DNA of 64,000 nt from an uncultured Candidatus Saccharibacteria bacterium (GTDB lineage Bacteria > Patescibacteriota > Minisyncoccia > Phycocordibacterales > CALRHW01): assembly GCA_964407105.1 (NCBI GenBank), contig CAYOUG010000003.1, positions 8,393 to 72,392 on the forward strand, in the 5' to 3' direction. Below the pieces are notes generated by a model. The model had not been told where the DNA came from, did no database searches, and saw only the letters and a program-made list of their open reading frames with translations. Shown in pieces: positions 1 to 8,494 of the stretch; within the stretch, counting starts at the first letter, position 1; each line of letters starts with the position of its first letter. Made by a program: the position numbers and the translations under genes.

Positions 1-15
1 TCTTAAAATTTAATT

Positions 16-1275
16 TTATTTCATTGTTCCCAAAATACGCTCCAAAGCAACAATATAAGCCGCATTTCTAAATGATGTGTTGTACTTGTTTTTTGTATTT
101 TTCAAATCATTAAACGCCGAAACCATAAGTGTATCAAGTTTTTTTAAAACATCCTCTTTTGTCCATTTTTCATTGTGCATATTTTGATACCACTCAAAAT
201 AACTTGTTGCTACTCCGCCGCTGTTTGCAAGAATGTCTGGTATTACAATCACCCCATTTTTTTCAAATATTTGATCTGCGACATCTGTTGTGGGTCCGTT
301 TGCCATTTCAATAATAAGTTTTGTTTTTATTTTTTGAGCATTTGCCTCTGTAAGTACATTTTCAAGGGCTGAGGGAACAAGAATATCAACATCGAGAGTA
401 AGAAGTTCTTCATTGGTAATATTTTTTGTACCAGTTAGCCCAGAAAGTGAACCTGTGGCTTTTTTGTGATTTTCCGCAACAACAACATCAATACCCGCTT
501 CATTATAAACACCACCCTTGCTGTCTGAAAGAGCTACCACCCTAAAGCCCTGTTTCATTACACTTTGAGCAAAATATGTTGCAACATTTCCAAAACCTTG
601 TATCGCAACAGTTTTTCTTGGAAAAGCAACCACTCCTCCGTTTAAAAGTTCTCGAACAATAAAACCACCACCAAAACCAGTAGCCTCTGTGCGACCCTCA
701 CTTCCACCATTTTTTATTGTTTTTCCAGTAAAAGTAGCGGGGGCTTTTTTGCCAATAATTTTCTCATATTCATCAAGCATGTATCCCATAATTACTCCAT
801 TTGTATTCACGTCTGGGGCGGGTACATCAAATTCTGGCCCTAAAATTTTATACATTTTTTGTACATATCCACGAGAAAGTCTTTCGATTTCACTCTCGCT
901 GAGTTTTTTTGGATCAACAATGATCCCACCTTTTCCGCCACCAAAAGGAACGTTCACCACCGCACATTTAAATGTCATCCAAAAACTTAATGCGCAAACC
1001 TCATTTAAATCTACTTGGGGATGAAAACGAATTCCACCTTTATATGGTCCACGAGCATTGTTGTGTTGGCTTCTAAAACCTTGAAAAATATGTTCACTTC
1101 CGTCATCCATTTTTATAGGAATGCTAACCTCAATATATCTATCCGTGTGTTTTAAACGCTCAATAAAATTTTGATTAAATTTTACAAGTTTTGTAGATTT
1201 TTCAAGTTGCATCAAAGCGTTTTCAAAAGGATTCAAATTTGTAGACATTATTTTTTTATTAAGATAGCTATACAA
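16..1275 (-). CDS. gdhA: NAD(P)-dependent glutamate dehydrogenase. The likely true start is the ATG at 1248 (MSTNLNPF...).
   Basis: The 419-aa ORF carries the GDH signature QHNNARGPYKGGIRFHP and the glycine-rich dinucleotide loop VPFGGGKGG. Confidence 0.9.
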   Translation of the reverse strand: MYSYLNKKIMSTNLNPFENALMQLEKSTKLVKFNQNFIERLKHTDRYIEVSIPIKMDDGSEHIFQGFRSQHNNARGPYKGGIRFHPQVDLNEVCALSFWMTFKCAVVNVPFGGGKGGIIVDPKKLSESEIERLSRGYVQKMYKILGPEFDVPAPDVNTNGVIMGYMLDEYEKIIGKKAPATFTGKTIKNGGSEGRTEATGFGGGFIVRELLNGGVVAFPRKTVAIQGFGNVATYFAQSVMKQGFRVVALSDSKGGVYNEAGIDVVVAENHKKATGSLSGLTGTKNITNEELLTLDVDILVPSALENVLTEANAQKIKTKLIIEMANGPTTDVADQIFEKNGVIVIPDILANSGGVATSYFEWYQNMHNEKWTKEDVLKKLDTLMVSAFNDLKNTKNKYNTSFRNAAYIVALERILGTMK

Positions 1276-1416
1276 TTATATATCACAAGCACTAGACTAT
1301 CCACACAAGATGTTTTATTCAGATTTAATTATTGTATAATTATTATTGTGTTGAGTTGAGATCTTAAACGGGTCGATCTCGATGTTATTAAGTTAAAAAA
1401 TAATTAAAATTATTGT

Positions 1417-1809
1417 ATGGCAAAGAAACTTGGTTTGGTATTAGGAATTGTGTTTGTTCTTATAGGCCTTCTTGGGTTTTTGAAAATGTCACTTGTTGGT
1501 CCAGAGGGTCTTTTTATGACAAACACGCTTCATGATTTGGTACATCTCATCACTGGTCTTATTTTCATTTTTGTAGCCATGAAATCTGTGGACAGTTTAG
1601 GTATTGTTTTCAAGGTTTTCGGTATTATCTACTTAGTGGTTGCGATACTTGGATTTATGGTTGGCGAAGGCATGGTTTTGGGTATTCTTAACGTAAACGG
1701 TGCAGACAACGTTCTCCATCTCATTCTTGGTGTTGTTATTCTTTTCTTTGGATTCAAATTTGGAAAGAAAGAAATGTCTTCAATGCCTCCTATGGGCGGA
1801 ATGCAATAA
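1417..1809 (+). CDS. Small polytopic membrane protein with four predicted transmembrane segments, function unknown.
   Basis: A 130-aa ORF that is hydrophobic throughout (LVLGIVFVLIGLLGFL..., VVILFFGF). Two hairpin terminators follow it. Confidence 0.55.
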   Translation: MAKKLGLVLGIVFVLIGLLGFLKMSLVGPEGLFMTNTLHDLVHLITGLIFIFVAMKSVDSLGIVFKVFGIIYLVVAILGFMVGEGMVLGILNVNGADNVLHLILGVVILFFGFKFGKKEMSSMPPMGGMQ

Positions 1810-1834
1810 ATTTAAATATTAAAAATATTTATTT

Positions 1835-1860
1835 AAAACCCCCCATTTGGGGGGTTTTAA
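1835..1860 (+). terminator. Intrinsic terminator hairpin (AAAACCCCCC-ATTT-GGGGGGTTTT).
   Basis: A perfect C6/G6 stem flanked by A and T runs, 26 nt downstream of the 1417..1809 stop. Confidence 0.5.
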
Positions 1861-1888
1861 ATTGTCTAAAACTAAATTAATAAAAAAT

Positions 1889-1937
1889 GCGGCGAGATCT
1901 CACCCTGAGACCTCGCCGCGTTGTTTTTTGTGGTTTT
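1889..1937. terminator. Bidirectional intrinsic terminator (GCGGCGAG...CTCGCCGC stem).
   Basis: A roughly 10-bp G+C-rich stem. On the + strand it is followed by GTTGTTTTTTGTGGTTTT. On the - strand it is followed by ATTTTTTATTAATTT. Confidence 0.5.
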
Positions 1938-1939
1938 CA

Positions 1940-2215
1940 CCACCCGTGTCAACAACTACCTACCGTTTTTGCCGGCGTGTCGTCGTTGACAACTTTTCTT
2001 TGTAAGGTTTACCCCCTGCTGACTATCCGGCACAACGCCAGACGTGTGCACTCCCTGGAACACTGATCCGTTCAGTGTACTCAACACAGAACGATGGTTC
2101 CTTCGAGAAGTGCGCGATCGATCCCCGCCACGGCTTGGGTTGAGATGCATAAAGCTCCCACAAACCAATTTGCGACTGGATACTCACAGTCAGGACATTC
2201 CCAACTGGTTCCAAT
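1940..2215 (-). ncRNA. Candidate structured ncRNA of unknown class in a G+C-rich block with no credible ORF. Its 3' end would be the terminator at 1889..1937.
   Basis: The block 1940-2260 is much more G+C-rich than its flanks. Only short overlapping ORFs with TTG/GTG starts are present. A promoter-like TTGACC-N16-TAGCAT lies on the minus strand at 2221-2248. Internal helices include GACTG...CAGTC and GGAACCAGUUGGG/CAAAUUGGUUU. Confidence 0.3.
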
Positions 2216-2285
2216 ATGAAATGCTAACACCGTCACCAAAAACGGTCAATTAAAAACTGTTTATAAACTACTTAAATATCAGAAG

Positions 2286-3545
2286 TTATCTGCTACGAAC
2301 TGTTGTAGATTTTATGGGTGTAGGAGGTAAAAGTACATGTTCAGCTTTTACTGCAGTATCAAGACCGTTTCTAAAAAGCAAGAAGGCATCGCCATATGAT
2401 TGGGCATTAAATTTTGTATCACCATCAGCAACAAATTTTACAGCAGTATCAAGTGTAGTAGATGCAACAGTAATATCTTCAGCTTTTACTGATAGTGTGG
2501 TGGTGGCAAGAAGAGACGAAACCTTTTCGATTTGATCTGTAGCGTCTTTTCTTTTATCCTCAGCTGCTGTTTTTCTTGTGTTTGTATCAGTTAGGGTGGG
2601 TATTTTTGATTCTACTTCCTCTCGTACTTGTGCAGATACTTCAATATTTGCTTGAACAGTATTTACAATTTGTATAAGTTCATCTGTCGAATCGTTGTTG
2701 ATGATATTTTTTTCTGAATTATTTATATCATTTGATATTTCTGAAATTTCTTTTTTGTTTTCTATAACAGCACTATTTTTTGTTGACATCTCTTCTGATG
2801 TTTTTGTTGTTGTAGATAAAAAAGTCTCGTTGTCAGCAATATCAATATCGCTTGAATCAACCGGATCATTTGTCGTATTTATCTCTGTGTTTTTATTGGT
2901 TTCTTTTTGAGAGATATTATTTTTTAAGCTTTCGGCGTTGATAAGCTTTTCTTGTTCCTGATCTTGTACAATTTGTACAAGTGTTTTGCTGTGTTCTTTT
3001 AAAGATTTTTCAAAATTTTCACCTATATCAATAGCAGTTTTAAGATCATTTGCTGCTTCTACTGTAGCGATTTGTTCTTGAACTTTGTGAGCGTGTTTTT
3101 CAAAATTTTTCTTAATTATATCTTTTGATTCGGTATCAAGCTCTCCCATTACCGCAAGAGTTTTTGCTTCCTCAAGGCGATCACCTGCGCGCTTTATTTC
3201 AAAATATGCACGAGATTCTGCGCCAAAAGAAAACCAAGACTGAACTTCTTCGTTCACATTAACCTTTATAGTATAAAGTGCGTTGTTTGGAAGAGCACTT
3301 TGAGCTGCAAGAGATGTGGTTCCACCCACAACAAACACAATAGCAATAGAAAGTATCGCTAAACGTTGTGTGTGAATAAAATACGGAGACATTATGTGCA
3401 ACCAACCACGAGAAATGACTGGTTTTCTTTCTGGATTGTTATAAACATAAGCATCAACAACACTCCATAAGCTTTGCTTTTCGTCTTTCGACAAAACAAC
3501 TTCTTGTTTAAAGTCTTGTATTATTTTGTTAAATTTTTTCGTCAT
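2286..3545 (-). CDS. Membrane-anchored putative anti-sigma factor of the DUF5667-like family, with a coiled-coil, low-complexity extracytoplasmic region.
   Basis: The 419-aa ORF overlaps the 3' end of the upstream ECF sigma gene by 17 nt. It has one transmembrane segment (LAILSIAIVFVVGG) and then a segment YTIKVNVNEEVQSWFSFGAESRAYFEIKRAGDRLEEAK that resembles DUF5667 proteins found next to sigma factors. Confidence 0.55.
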   Translation of the reverse strand: MTKKFNKIIQDFKQEVVLSKDEKQSLWSVVDAYVYNNPERKPVISRGWLHIMSPYFIHTQRLAILSIAIVFVVGGTTSLAAQSALPNNALYTIKVNVNEEVQSWFSFGAESRAYFEIKRAGDRLEEAKTLAVMGELDTESKDIIKKNFEKHAHKVQEQIATVEAANDLKTAIDIGENFEKSLKEHSKTLVQIVQDQEQEKLINAESLKNNISQKETNKNTEINTTNDPVDSSDIDIADNETFLSTTTKTSEEMSTKNSAVIENKKEISEISNDINNSEKNIINNDSTDELIQIVNTVQANIEVSAQVREEVESKIPTLTDTNTRKTAAEDKRKDATDQIEKVSSLLATTTLSVKAEDITVASTTLDTAVKFVADGDTKFNAQSYGDAFLLFRNGLDTAVKAEHVLLPPTPIKSTTVRSR

Positions 3546-4047
3546 TCTTGTTGTATATTTTTTTTATTTTTTCCAAACCACGGTGAATTTTTACGGAAAC
3601 ATTGTTTGGTGATTCACCGAGTATCTCTGAAATTTCTTTTACACTTAATCCATCTACATATTGCATAAACAAAATATCACGATATGTTTCCGGAATATTG
3701 TTAAGTAATTTTAAAGCTTCGGCACCATCAATTTTGTTGTGTAAATCTTGCACTGTTTCCATTCCAATATCTGTATCAAAACCCTTTTCAAACATAATAT
3801 CGAGTGAAGTGGGTTTCTTTTTTCGATAATGATCTACTACAAGATTGTGTGCTGTGCGATATAAAAAAGCTCGCATATTGTTTATTTCTCCACCCCCCTT
3901 AATGTATTCCCATGTCTTGATGAATGTCTCTTGCACTATATCTGTAGATTCTTCTCGGTTGAGGGTTTTGAAATAGCAATACCTAAATAGGGCGTCGGTA
4001 TAGTCCTTGTATGAATTCAAAAATTGTGCTTCTTTATGTGAATCCAT
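3529..4047 (-). CDS. ECF-type RNA polymerase sigma factor of the sigma-70 family.
   Basis: A 172-aa ORF with region 2 (ESTDIVQETFIKTWEYI...YRTAHNLVVDHYRKKK) and region 4 (GLSVKEISEILGESPNNVSVKIHRGLEKIKK). Confidence 0.85.
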   Translation of the reverse strand: MDSHKEAQFLNSYKDYTDALFRYCYFKTLNREESTDIVQETFIKTWEYIKGGGEINNMRAFLYRTAHNLVVDHYRKKKPTSLDIMFEKGFDTDIGMETVQDLHNKIDGAEALKLLNNIPETYRDILFMQYVDGLSVKEISEILGESPNNVSVKIHRGLEKIKKIYNKNDEKI

Positions 4048-4137
4048 ATATATGACGCAGACAAGCTACGTTTATTACAAGCATTATACATCATTTTAGC
4101 CCTTTAGATAAGGTTAATTTTGTAGTACACTACTATC

Positions 4138-5148
4138 ATGCAAAACCTTGGTAATGAAATTTTAAAATATAGCCTCGCGATTATTCTAAGCATTATTGGT
4201 ACCTTATTTGTAATACAAGGAGGATTATCTCCAAAAGATCCTAGTTTTTCTTTAATCAAAATCGTATTTCAATCAAAAGAGATGTGTTTTTCTGTTATAG
4301 GAATATTTCTTTGTTTTTTACTTATAGGAATATTAATTACATACGCAAGCTCCATCAAAGCAAAACTTAATGAGATGCGCAGAATAAATCGCGTACTCAA
4401 AAAAAAGGATGAGATAAAAACAAGATTTTTGGCTTTTGCGGCACACAATCTAAGAACTCCAGCCACCGCTTTACGTTGGAGTTTGAATGATTTTTTAAAA
4501 AATGAATACGGTCATTTAACAAAAGAACAACAAACATCAATACAAGAGTTGTATTCTGTGTCTTTAAATATGCTCAATATTATCGAAGATTTTTTGGATA
4601 TTAGTAAACTTGAATTACAAAAATTTGAAATTGGATTAAAACCCGTTTCTTTAAAAGACTTTAAAAAAGAGATATTGGAAGTAATAGAAGAATTTAGACC
4701 GCTGGCAAAAGAACACGATGTTGCTATAAGTAACTTATTTGATATCAACGAAGATGCGCGTATCCACATTGACCTTTCTCAAATAGTGCGCGTTATAGAG
4801 AATTTAATTGAGAATGCAATCAACTACACCCTTTCAAAAGGCACTATTTTAATAGATATTTCAAACAATAAAGAAAATATATCGTTTAGCATAAAGGACA
4901 CTGGTATTGGTATTCCAAAAGCAGAGCATCCAATGATTTTTGGTGAATTTTTTAGATCATCAAACGCCAAAAGACACAAAAGTACAGGAAGTGGTATCGG
5001 TCTATACTTGGCTAGAAAAATTATTGAGGCACACGGTGGTAAAATTAAATTTATATCAGAAGAAAACGTTGGTTCAACATTTTCCTTTACTCTACCAATG
5101 ATAAAAGAAAGTGAGCGTGAGGTAACAAACGTATTTAAAAAACTATAA
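4138..5148 (+). CDS. Sensor histidine kinase with two N-terminal transmembrane segments, a HisKA domain and a HATPase_c domain.
   Basis: The H-box FLAFAAHNLRTPATAL, the N-box ENAINYT, and the G-boxes DTGIGIP and GSGIGLYLARKIIEAHGGKI are all present. It is transcribed divergently from the sigma operon. Confidence 0.85.
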   Translation: MQNLGNEILKYSLAIILSIIGTLFVIQGGLSPKDPSFSLIKIVFQSKEMCFSVIGIFLCFLLIGILITYASSIKAKLNEMRRINRVLKKKDEIKTRFLAFAAHNLRTPATALRWSLNDFLKNEYGHLTKEQQTSIQELYSVSLNMLNIIEDFLDISKLELQKFEIGLKPVSLKDFKKEILEVIEEFRPLAKEHDVAISNLFDINEDARIHIDLSQIVRVIENLIENAINYTLSKGTILIDISNNKENISFSIKDTGIGIPKAEHPMIFGEFFRSSNAKRHKSTGSGIGLYLARKIIEAHGGKIKFISEENVGSTFSFTLPMIKESEREVTNVFKKL

Positions 5149-5170
5149 GATATAGTTTTTTAAATTATAT

Positions 5171-5836
5171 CTATACTGTATTTTTAGCAAAACGACGAGC
5201 AACCAAAACTGCTAACACCAGTGTGATTGGTGTTAAAACCATAAAAAGCTTCGCAAGTGCCGTCATTCCTATTGTAATAACAATAAGATGAGTAAGAAGA
5301 CAGCAAAAAACAATACTACATCCACCACCAATACATTTTATTTTTGAAGCTGAATCATTTATCCGAAAACCCTGAAAAATCATATAAAAACCAGATAACG
5401 TTCCAGAAACAATAATCATATATATAGATGCAATATCCATCACCATCATTGGTTCGTAAGAATTTAAAAGCATAAAAGCAATCATTGCCCAACCAACCAA
5501 AAGTGCAACATAAAAAAGTGCTTTTCGCGTACCGTCATTTAAAATAGCACTAAGTGGAAATTTGAACACAAAAGCAGAACCGGTGACCGCTCCAAAAGAC
5601 CCCAAGTACATAAGTAATGGTAAATCCCAATACATGCTTGCGCCACCAAGAAGATGGAAAATAGACATACCCCCCAAAAATCCTAAAAATGCATTCATGA
5701 GTTCACTTCGGTCGTGTCGAAATGGACCGGTTAAAAGTACAACAGCCATAATAAAAAACACTATGCCAGAAAGCCACAACCAAAATATTGGCTCTGGTAA
5801 ATTTGTCATCTGCACCAAATCATTTCCGTAATTCAT
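5171..5836 (-). CDS. Polytopic membrane protein, function unknown.
   Basis: The 221-aa ORF is hydrophobic throughout, with roughly 6-7 transmembrane segments. Confidence 0.5.
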   Translation of the reverse strand: MNYGNDLVQMTNLPEPIFWLWLSGIVFFIMAVVLLTGPFRHDRSELMNAFLGFLGGMSIFHLLGGASMYWDLPLLMYLGSFGAVTGSAFVFKFPLSAILNDGTRKALFYVALLVGWAMIAFMLLNSYEPMMVMDIASIYMIIVSGTLSGFYMIFQGFRINDSASKIKCIGGGCSIVFCCLLTHLIVITIGMTALAKLFMVLTPITLVLAVLVARRFAKNTV

Positions 5837-5893
5837 AAGAATAAATTTATAACTATAATGATTTATTATAACAAAGAAATTTAATATAAAAAA

Positions 5894-6460
5894 CTATCTT
5901 GTCTCATTATTTTTAAACAATTCGCGTCGATCTTCTTCTTCAAACTTATCGTAATGCTTTTTTTCAATATTCTTATTTAAAAAAACATCCTCTTGAGATT
6001 TTTCATGATTTTCAACCAAATCACCGTTTCCATTAAACCACTCACGAATTGCACTTATACTAAAATAAAATGATAATAAAAACATGACCGACAACACAAG
6101 ATTAATAGCAAAAAATATAAGACCATAGTCGGTAAAAACATCCACAGACTGAAAACTAGAAATTAATAAACCAAACATAGATACAATTGCATCAAGAACA
6201 ATTGTCCATTTGTATTTTTTGTTTGTAAACGCAGCAAGAAACACGAGGAGTACCACACTAAAAATAGATAGCGGTCGTAAAATTGATGAAATTTCGTTTC
6301 TAAAAAATGGCAACGTAACCACAATAAGTAAAGAAACAATAAGAAAAGTTCTTGAAACATTTTCACTTAAATAACCAATAACTCCGCGTATCTTTTTTAC
6401 TCGGGCAAGAGCTCGAAGTGGATAAAAACTAGGTGGATCATAGTCATCCCTTTCTGACAT
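5894..6460 (-). CDS. Membrane protein, function unknown.
   Basis: A 188-aa ORF with 3-4 transmembrane segments and a charged C-terminal tail. Confidence 0.5.
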   Translation of the reverse strand: MSERDDYDPPSFYPLRALARVKKIRGVIGYLSENVSRTFLIVSLLIVVTLPFFRNEISSILRPLSIFSVVLLVFLAAFTNKKYKWTIVLDAIVSMFGLLISSFQSVDVFTDYGLIFFAINLVLSVMFLLSFYFSISAIREWFNGNGDLVENHEKSQEDVFLNKNIEKKHYDKFEEEDRRELFKNNETR

Positions 6461-6496
6461 AATCTCAGTATATACCTAAAAAATAATTTGTGTACA

Positions 6497-6534
6497 AAAT
6501 AAAAACGCCCCATCACTGAGGCGTTTTTATTTTA
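6497..6534. terminator. Intrinsic terminator (AACGCC...GGCGTT) flanked by T runs on both strands.
   Basis: The hairpin lies between the stop of 6548..7234 (-) and the start of 5894..6460 (-). On the - strand it is followed by TTTTTATTT. Confidence 0.5.
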
Positions 6535-6547
6535 CTTAGAGTAGCGA

Positions 6548-7234
6548 TTATTTATTAAGAGCTGCTCGAGTAATATTTCCTACAAAACCAGTGTTCCAGA
6601 TACCGTGAGCTGCCTGATATGCTTGCACTGCTGCAAACGTAATAGGACCAAAGTATCCAGTGTTTGTTGGGAATGTAAAATATCCTTCTGCACGAAGTCG
6701 CGCCTGAAGTTCTTTTACATCATCACTCTTCAAACCTTTCCAAAGGTTACTTACAAATTTATGTGTTTCAACACCAAGTACAAGTCCTGAAACATTTTTT
6801 GCTTTTCCACCTTGTTTAGAACCACCGTTTGAACCGTTGTTTCCATTATCAACAACTTCTTCATTCACATCAGTTGATACTGTTGTGTTTGTGTCAGTTA
6901 TTGAAACACCCTCATCACCACCATTTGAAACAATGACAGTTGTGTTTGTTTTTGGAATAGAATCTACAACACCCCCAGAAACAGAAGTATCTTCTGAATT
7001 TGTATTTATAACAACACCACCAATAGGAGCGTCGACTACAATTACATCTTCAGAGACAGAAACGTCTCCTGGATTTGTGTTTGTAATAATAGAAACACCA
7101 ACAGTAACATCAGCCACAGTTGTTGGTTGTGTATCTTCTGTTGTTTGAGCGAACGCTGGAACTGCAAAGAGTCCAAACGCAAGCACAGTAATAATTGCTT
7201 TCATATATTTTATATATTGGCCTTGTAGAGCCAT
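6548..7234 (-). CDS. Secreted Thr/Val-rich repeat protein with a C-terminal peptidoglycan-binding (PG_binding_1-like) domain.
   Basis: There is a signal peptide (MKAIITVLAFGLFAVPAFAQT), a low-complexity T/V/S/D-rich middle section, and a C-terminal ...LQARLRAEGYF...GYFGPITFAAVQAYQAAHGI segment typical of PG-binding domains. Confidence 0.6.
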   Translation of the reverse strand: MALQGQYIKYMKAIITVLAFGLFAVPAFAQTTEDTQPTTVADVTVGVSIITNTNPGDVSVSEDVIVVDAPIGGVVINTNSEDTSVSGGVVDSIPKTNTTVIVSNGGDEGVSITDTNTTVSTDVNEEVVDNGNNGSNGGSKQGGKAKNVSGLVLGVETHKFVSNLWKGLKSDDVKELQARLRAEGYFTFPTNTGYFGPITFAAVQAYQAAHGIWNTGFVGNITRAALNK

Positions 7235-7331
7235 ATTTACTATTAAACTACAAAGCTGGGAGATTTAATAACCTCCAAACATTGTTCGAGCACCATAACA
7301 TATTTTCATTAAAAATGCAAGGGGTTTGTTG

Positions 7332-7404
7332 TGGACCCTATCGGATTCGAACCGATGACCTCCTCATTGCAAATGAGGCGCTCTACCAACTAAGCTAAGG
7401 GCCC
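7332..7404 (-). tRNA. tRNA-Ala (anticodon UGC). CCA is not encoded.
   Basis: The reverse-complement folds as a cloverleaf: GGGCCCT-TA-GCTT-AGTTGGTA-GAGC-G-CCTCA-TTTGCAA-TGAGG-AGGTC-ATCGG-TTCGAAT-CCGAT-AGGGTCC-A. The G3:U70 alanine identity pair is present. Confidence 0.9.
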
Positions 7405-7498
7405 GCACGCGCACATATTCAACGAAAATCAATTATAGGCAAAATAGCATATAAAATCAAGGAAAAAGTCTAACAAAAAATCAGATTAATTCCCCATT

Positions 7499-8479
7499 TT
7501 AAAAACCACGCATCGCAAGCAAAATCACATGATCAAGAAAATCTGAAAAACTACAATCAGCCACAGCAAGTGCCTTTGGTAAAAGTGAATCATTGGTAAG
7601 GCCAGGTAAAGAATTTGTTTCAAGAATATACACACCCTCCGGTGTTACAATAAAATCTGAACGAGAATAATGACGCAAACCAAGCACCTTGTGAGCCTGC
7701 ACAGCTATTTTCTGAATCATTGCTGTTTCTTCTTTACTAAAATTTCCAGGACATATTTCTTGAGACACACCACTATATTTTGCACCATAATCAAAAAAAG
7801 CACTTTTTTCTGGGGCAATTATTTCTATAGGAGAAAGAGCGTAAACCTCACCCCTATTTTGTGCGCTATCTAGCACGGCACACGTAGCTTCTTTTCCTTC
7901 AACATACTCTTCAACAAGCACTATATCTGAAAATTGAAACGCCAAAGATATCGCCTCACTAAACTCGGCCCAATCTGTCACAATCGAAACACCGATAGAC
8001 GATCCTGCAGTAGCAGGCTTTACTACGAGTGGTTTTTTGAGGTTTGCATAAATACCAAAAAGTCGAGATTGCGAAGCGTTATCTCGACGGATAATTTCAT
8101 GATAGGGAGTTTTCACATCATTATCTTTGTAGATTTTTTTTGAGAGATGTTTATTCATACCCACCGCTGACGCGTAAGCTCTTGAGCCAGTATACGGCAC
8201 ACCAAAAGTATCAAGTGTTTTTTGCACGGTACCATCCTCGCCGTATGCACCATGAAGTGCATTGAAAATGACATCTACGTGTTTTAAAACTCTGTGGGGG
8301 TCGCGCGGAAGTCCATCAACATGCCACGTACCAGAATTATCAATAAAAATATCTTTACCAAAATATTTTTCAGGTAAATTTTTAAGTACGTTAGCACCCG
8401 TTTTTAAAGAAACTTCATATTCGGGAGATGGTCCTCCACGAAGTACGCCCACTGTCACTTTTCCATTAAGCAAACTCAT
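7499..8479 (-). CDS. ddl: D-alanine--D-alanine ligase. The start was chosen at MSLLNGKVTV; the six-frame ORF extends to 8584.
   Basis: ATP-grasp Ddl motifs are present: GKVTVGVLRGGPSPEYEVSL, KPATAGSSIGVSIV, NSLPGLT. An extended -10 (TGCTATAAT) lies 6 nt upstream of this ATG. Confidence 0.85.
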   Translation of the reverse strand: MSLLNGKVTVGVLRGGPSPEYEVSLKTGANVLKNLPEKYFGKDIFIDNSGTWHVDGLPRDPHRVLKHVDVIFNALHGAYGEDGTVQKTLDTFGVPYTGSRAYASAVGMNKHLSKKIYKDNDVKTPYHEIIRRDNASQSRLFGIYANLKKPLVVKPATAGSSIGVSIVTDWAEFSEAISLAFQFSDIVLVEEYVEGKEATCAVLDSAQNRGEVYALSPIEIIAPEKSAFFDYGAKYSGVSQEICPGNFSKEETAMIQKIAVQAHKVLGLRHYSRSDFIVTPEGVYILETNSLPGLTNDSLLPKALAVADCSFSDFLDHVILLAMRGF

Positions 8480-8485
8480 AAAAAT

Positions 8486-8494
8486 ATTATAGCA
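8486..8494 (-). promoter_or_regulatory. Extended -10 element (TGnTATAAT) immediately upstream of the ddl start. This implies a leaderless ddl mRNA.
   Basis: The minus strand reads TGC-TATAAT-ATTTTT-ATG, with no Shine-Dalgarno sequence. Confidence 0.35.

Noticed and set aside
1357-1381. Palindrome GAGATC-N11-GATCTC upstream of the 1417..1809 gene as a possible operator
   Set aside because: It is only 6 bp per arm, which is too short to distinguish from chance in AT-rich promoter DNA. It is noted but not called.
1956-2253. Three overlapping 60-70-aa ORFs inside the G+C-rich block (1956..2168 -, 2023..2214 -, 2044..2253 +)
   Set aside because: They start with TTG or GTG, have no SD, and overlap one another in different frames. 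They are the expected by-product of G+C-rich, stop-poor sequence.
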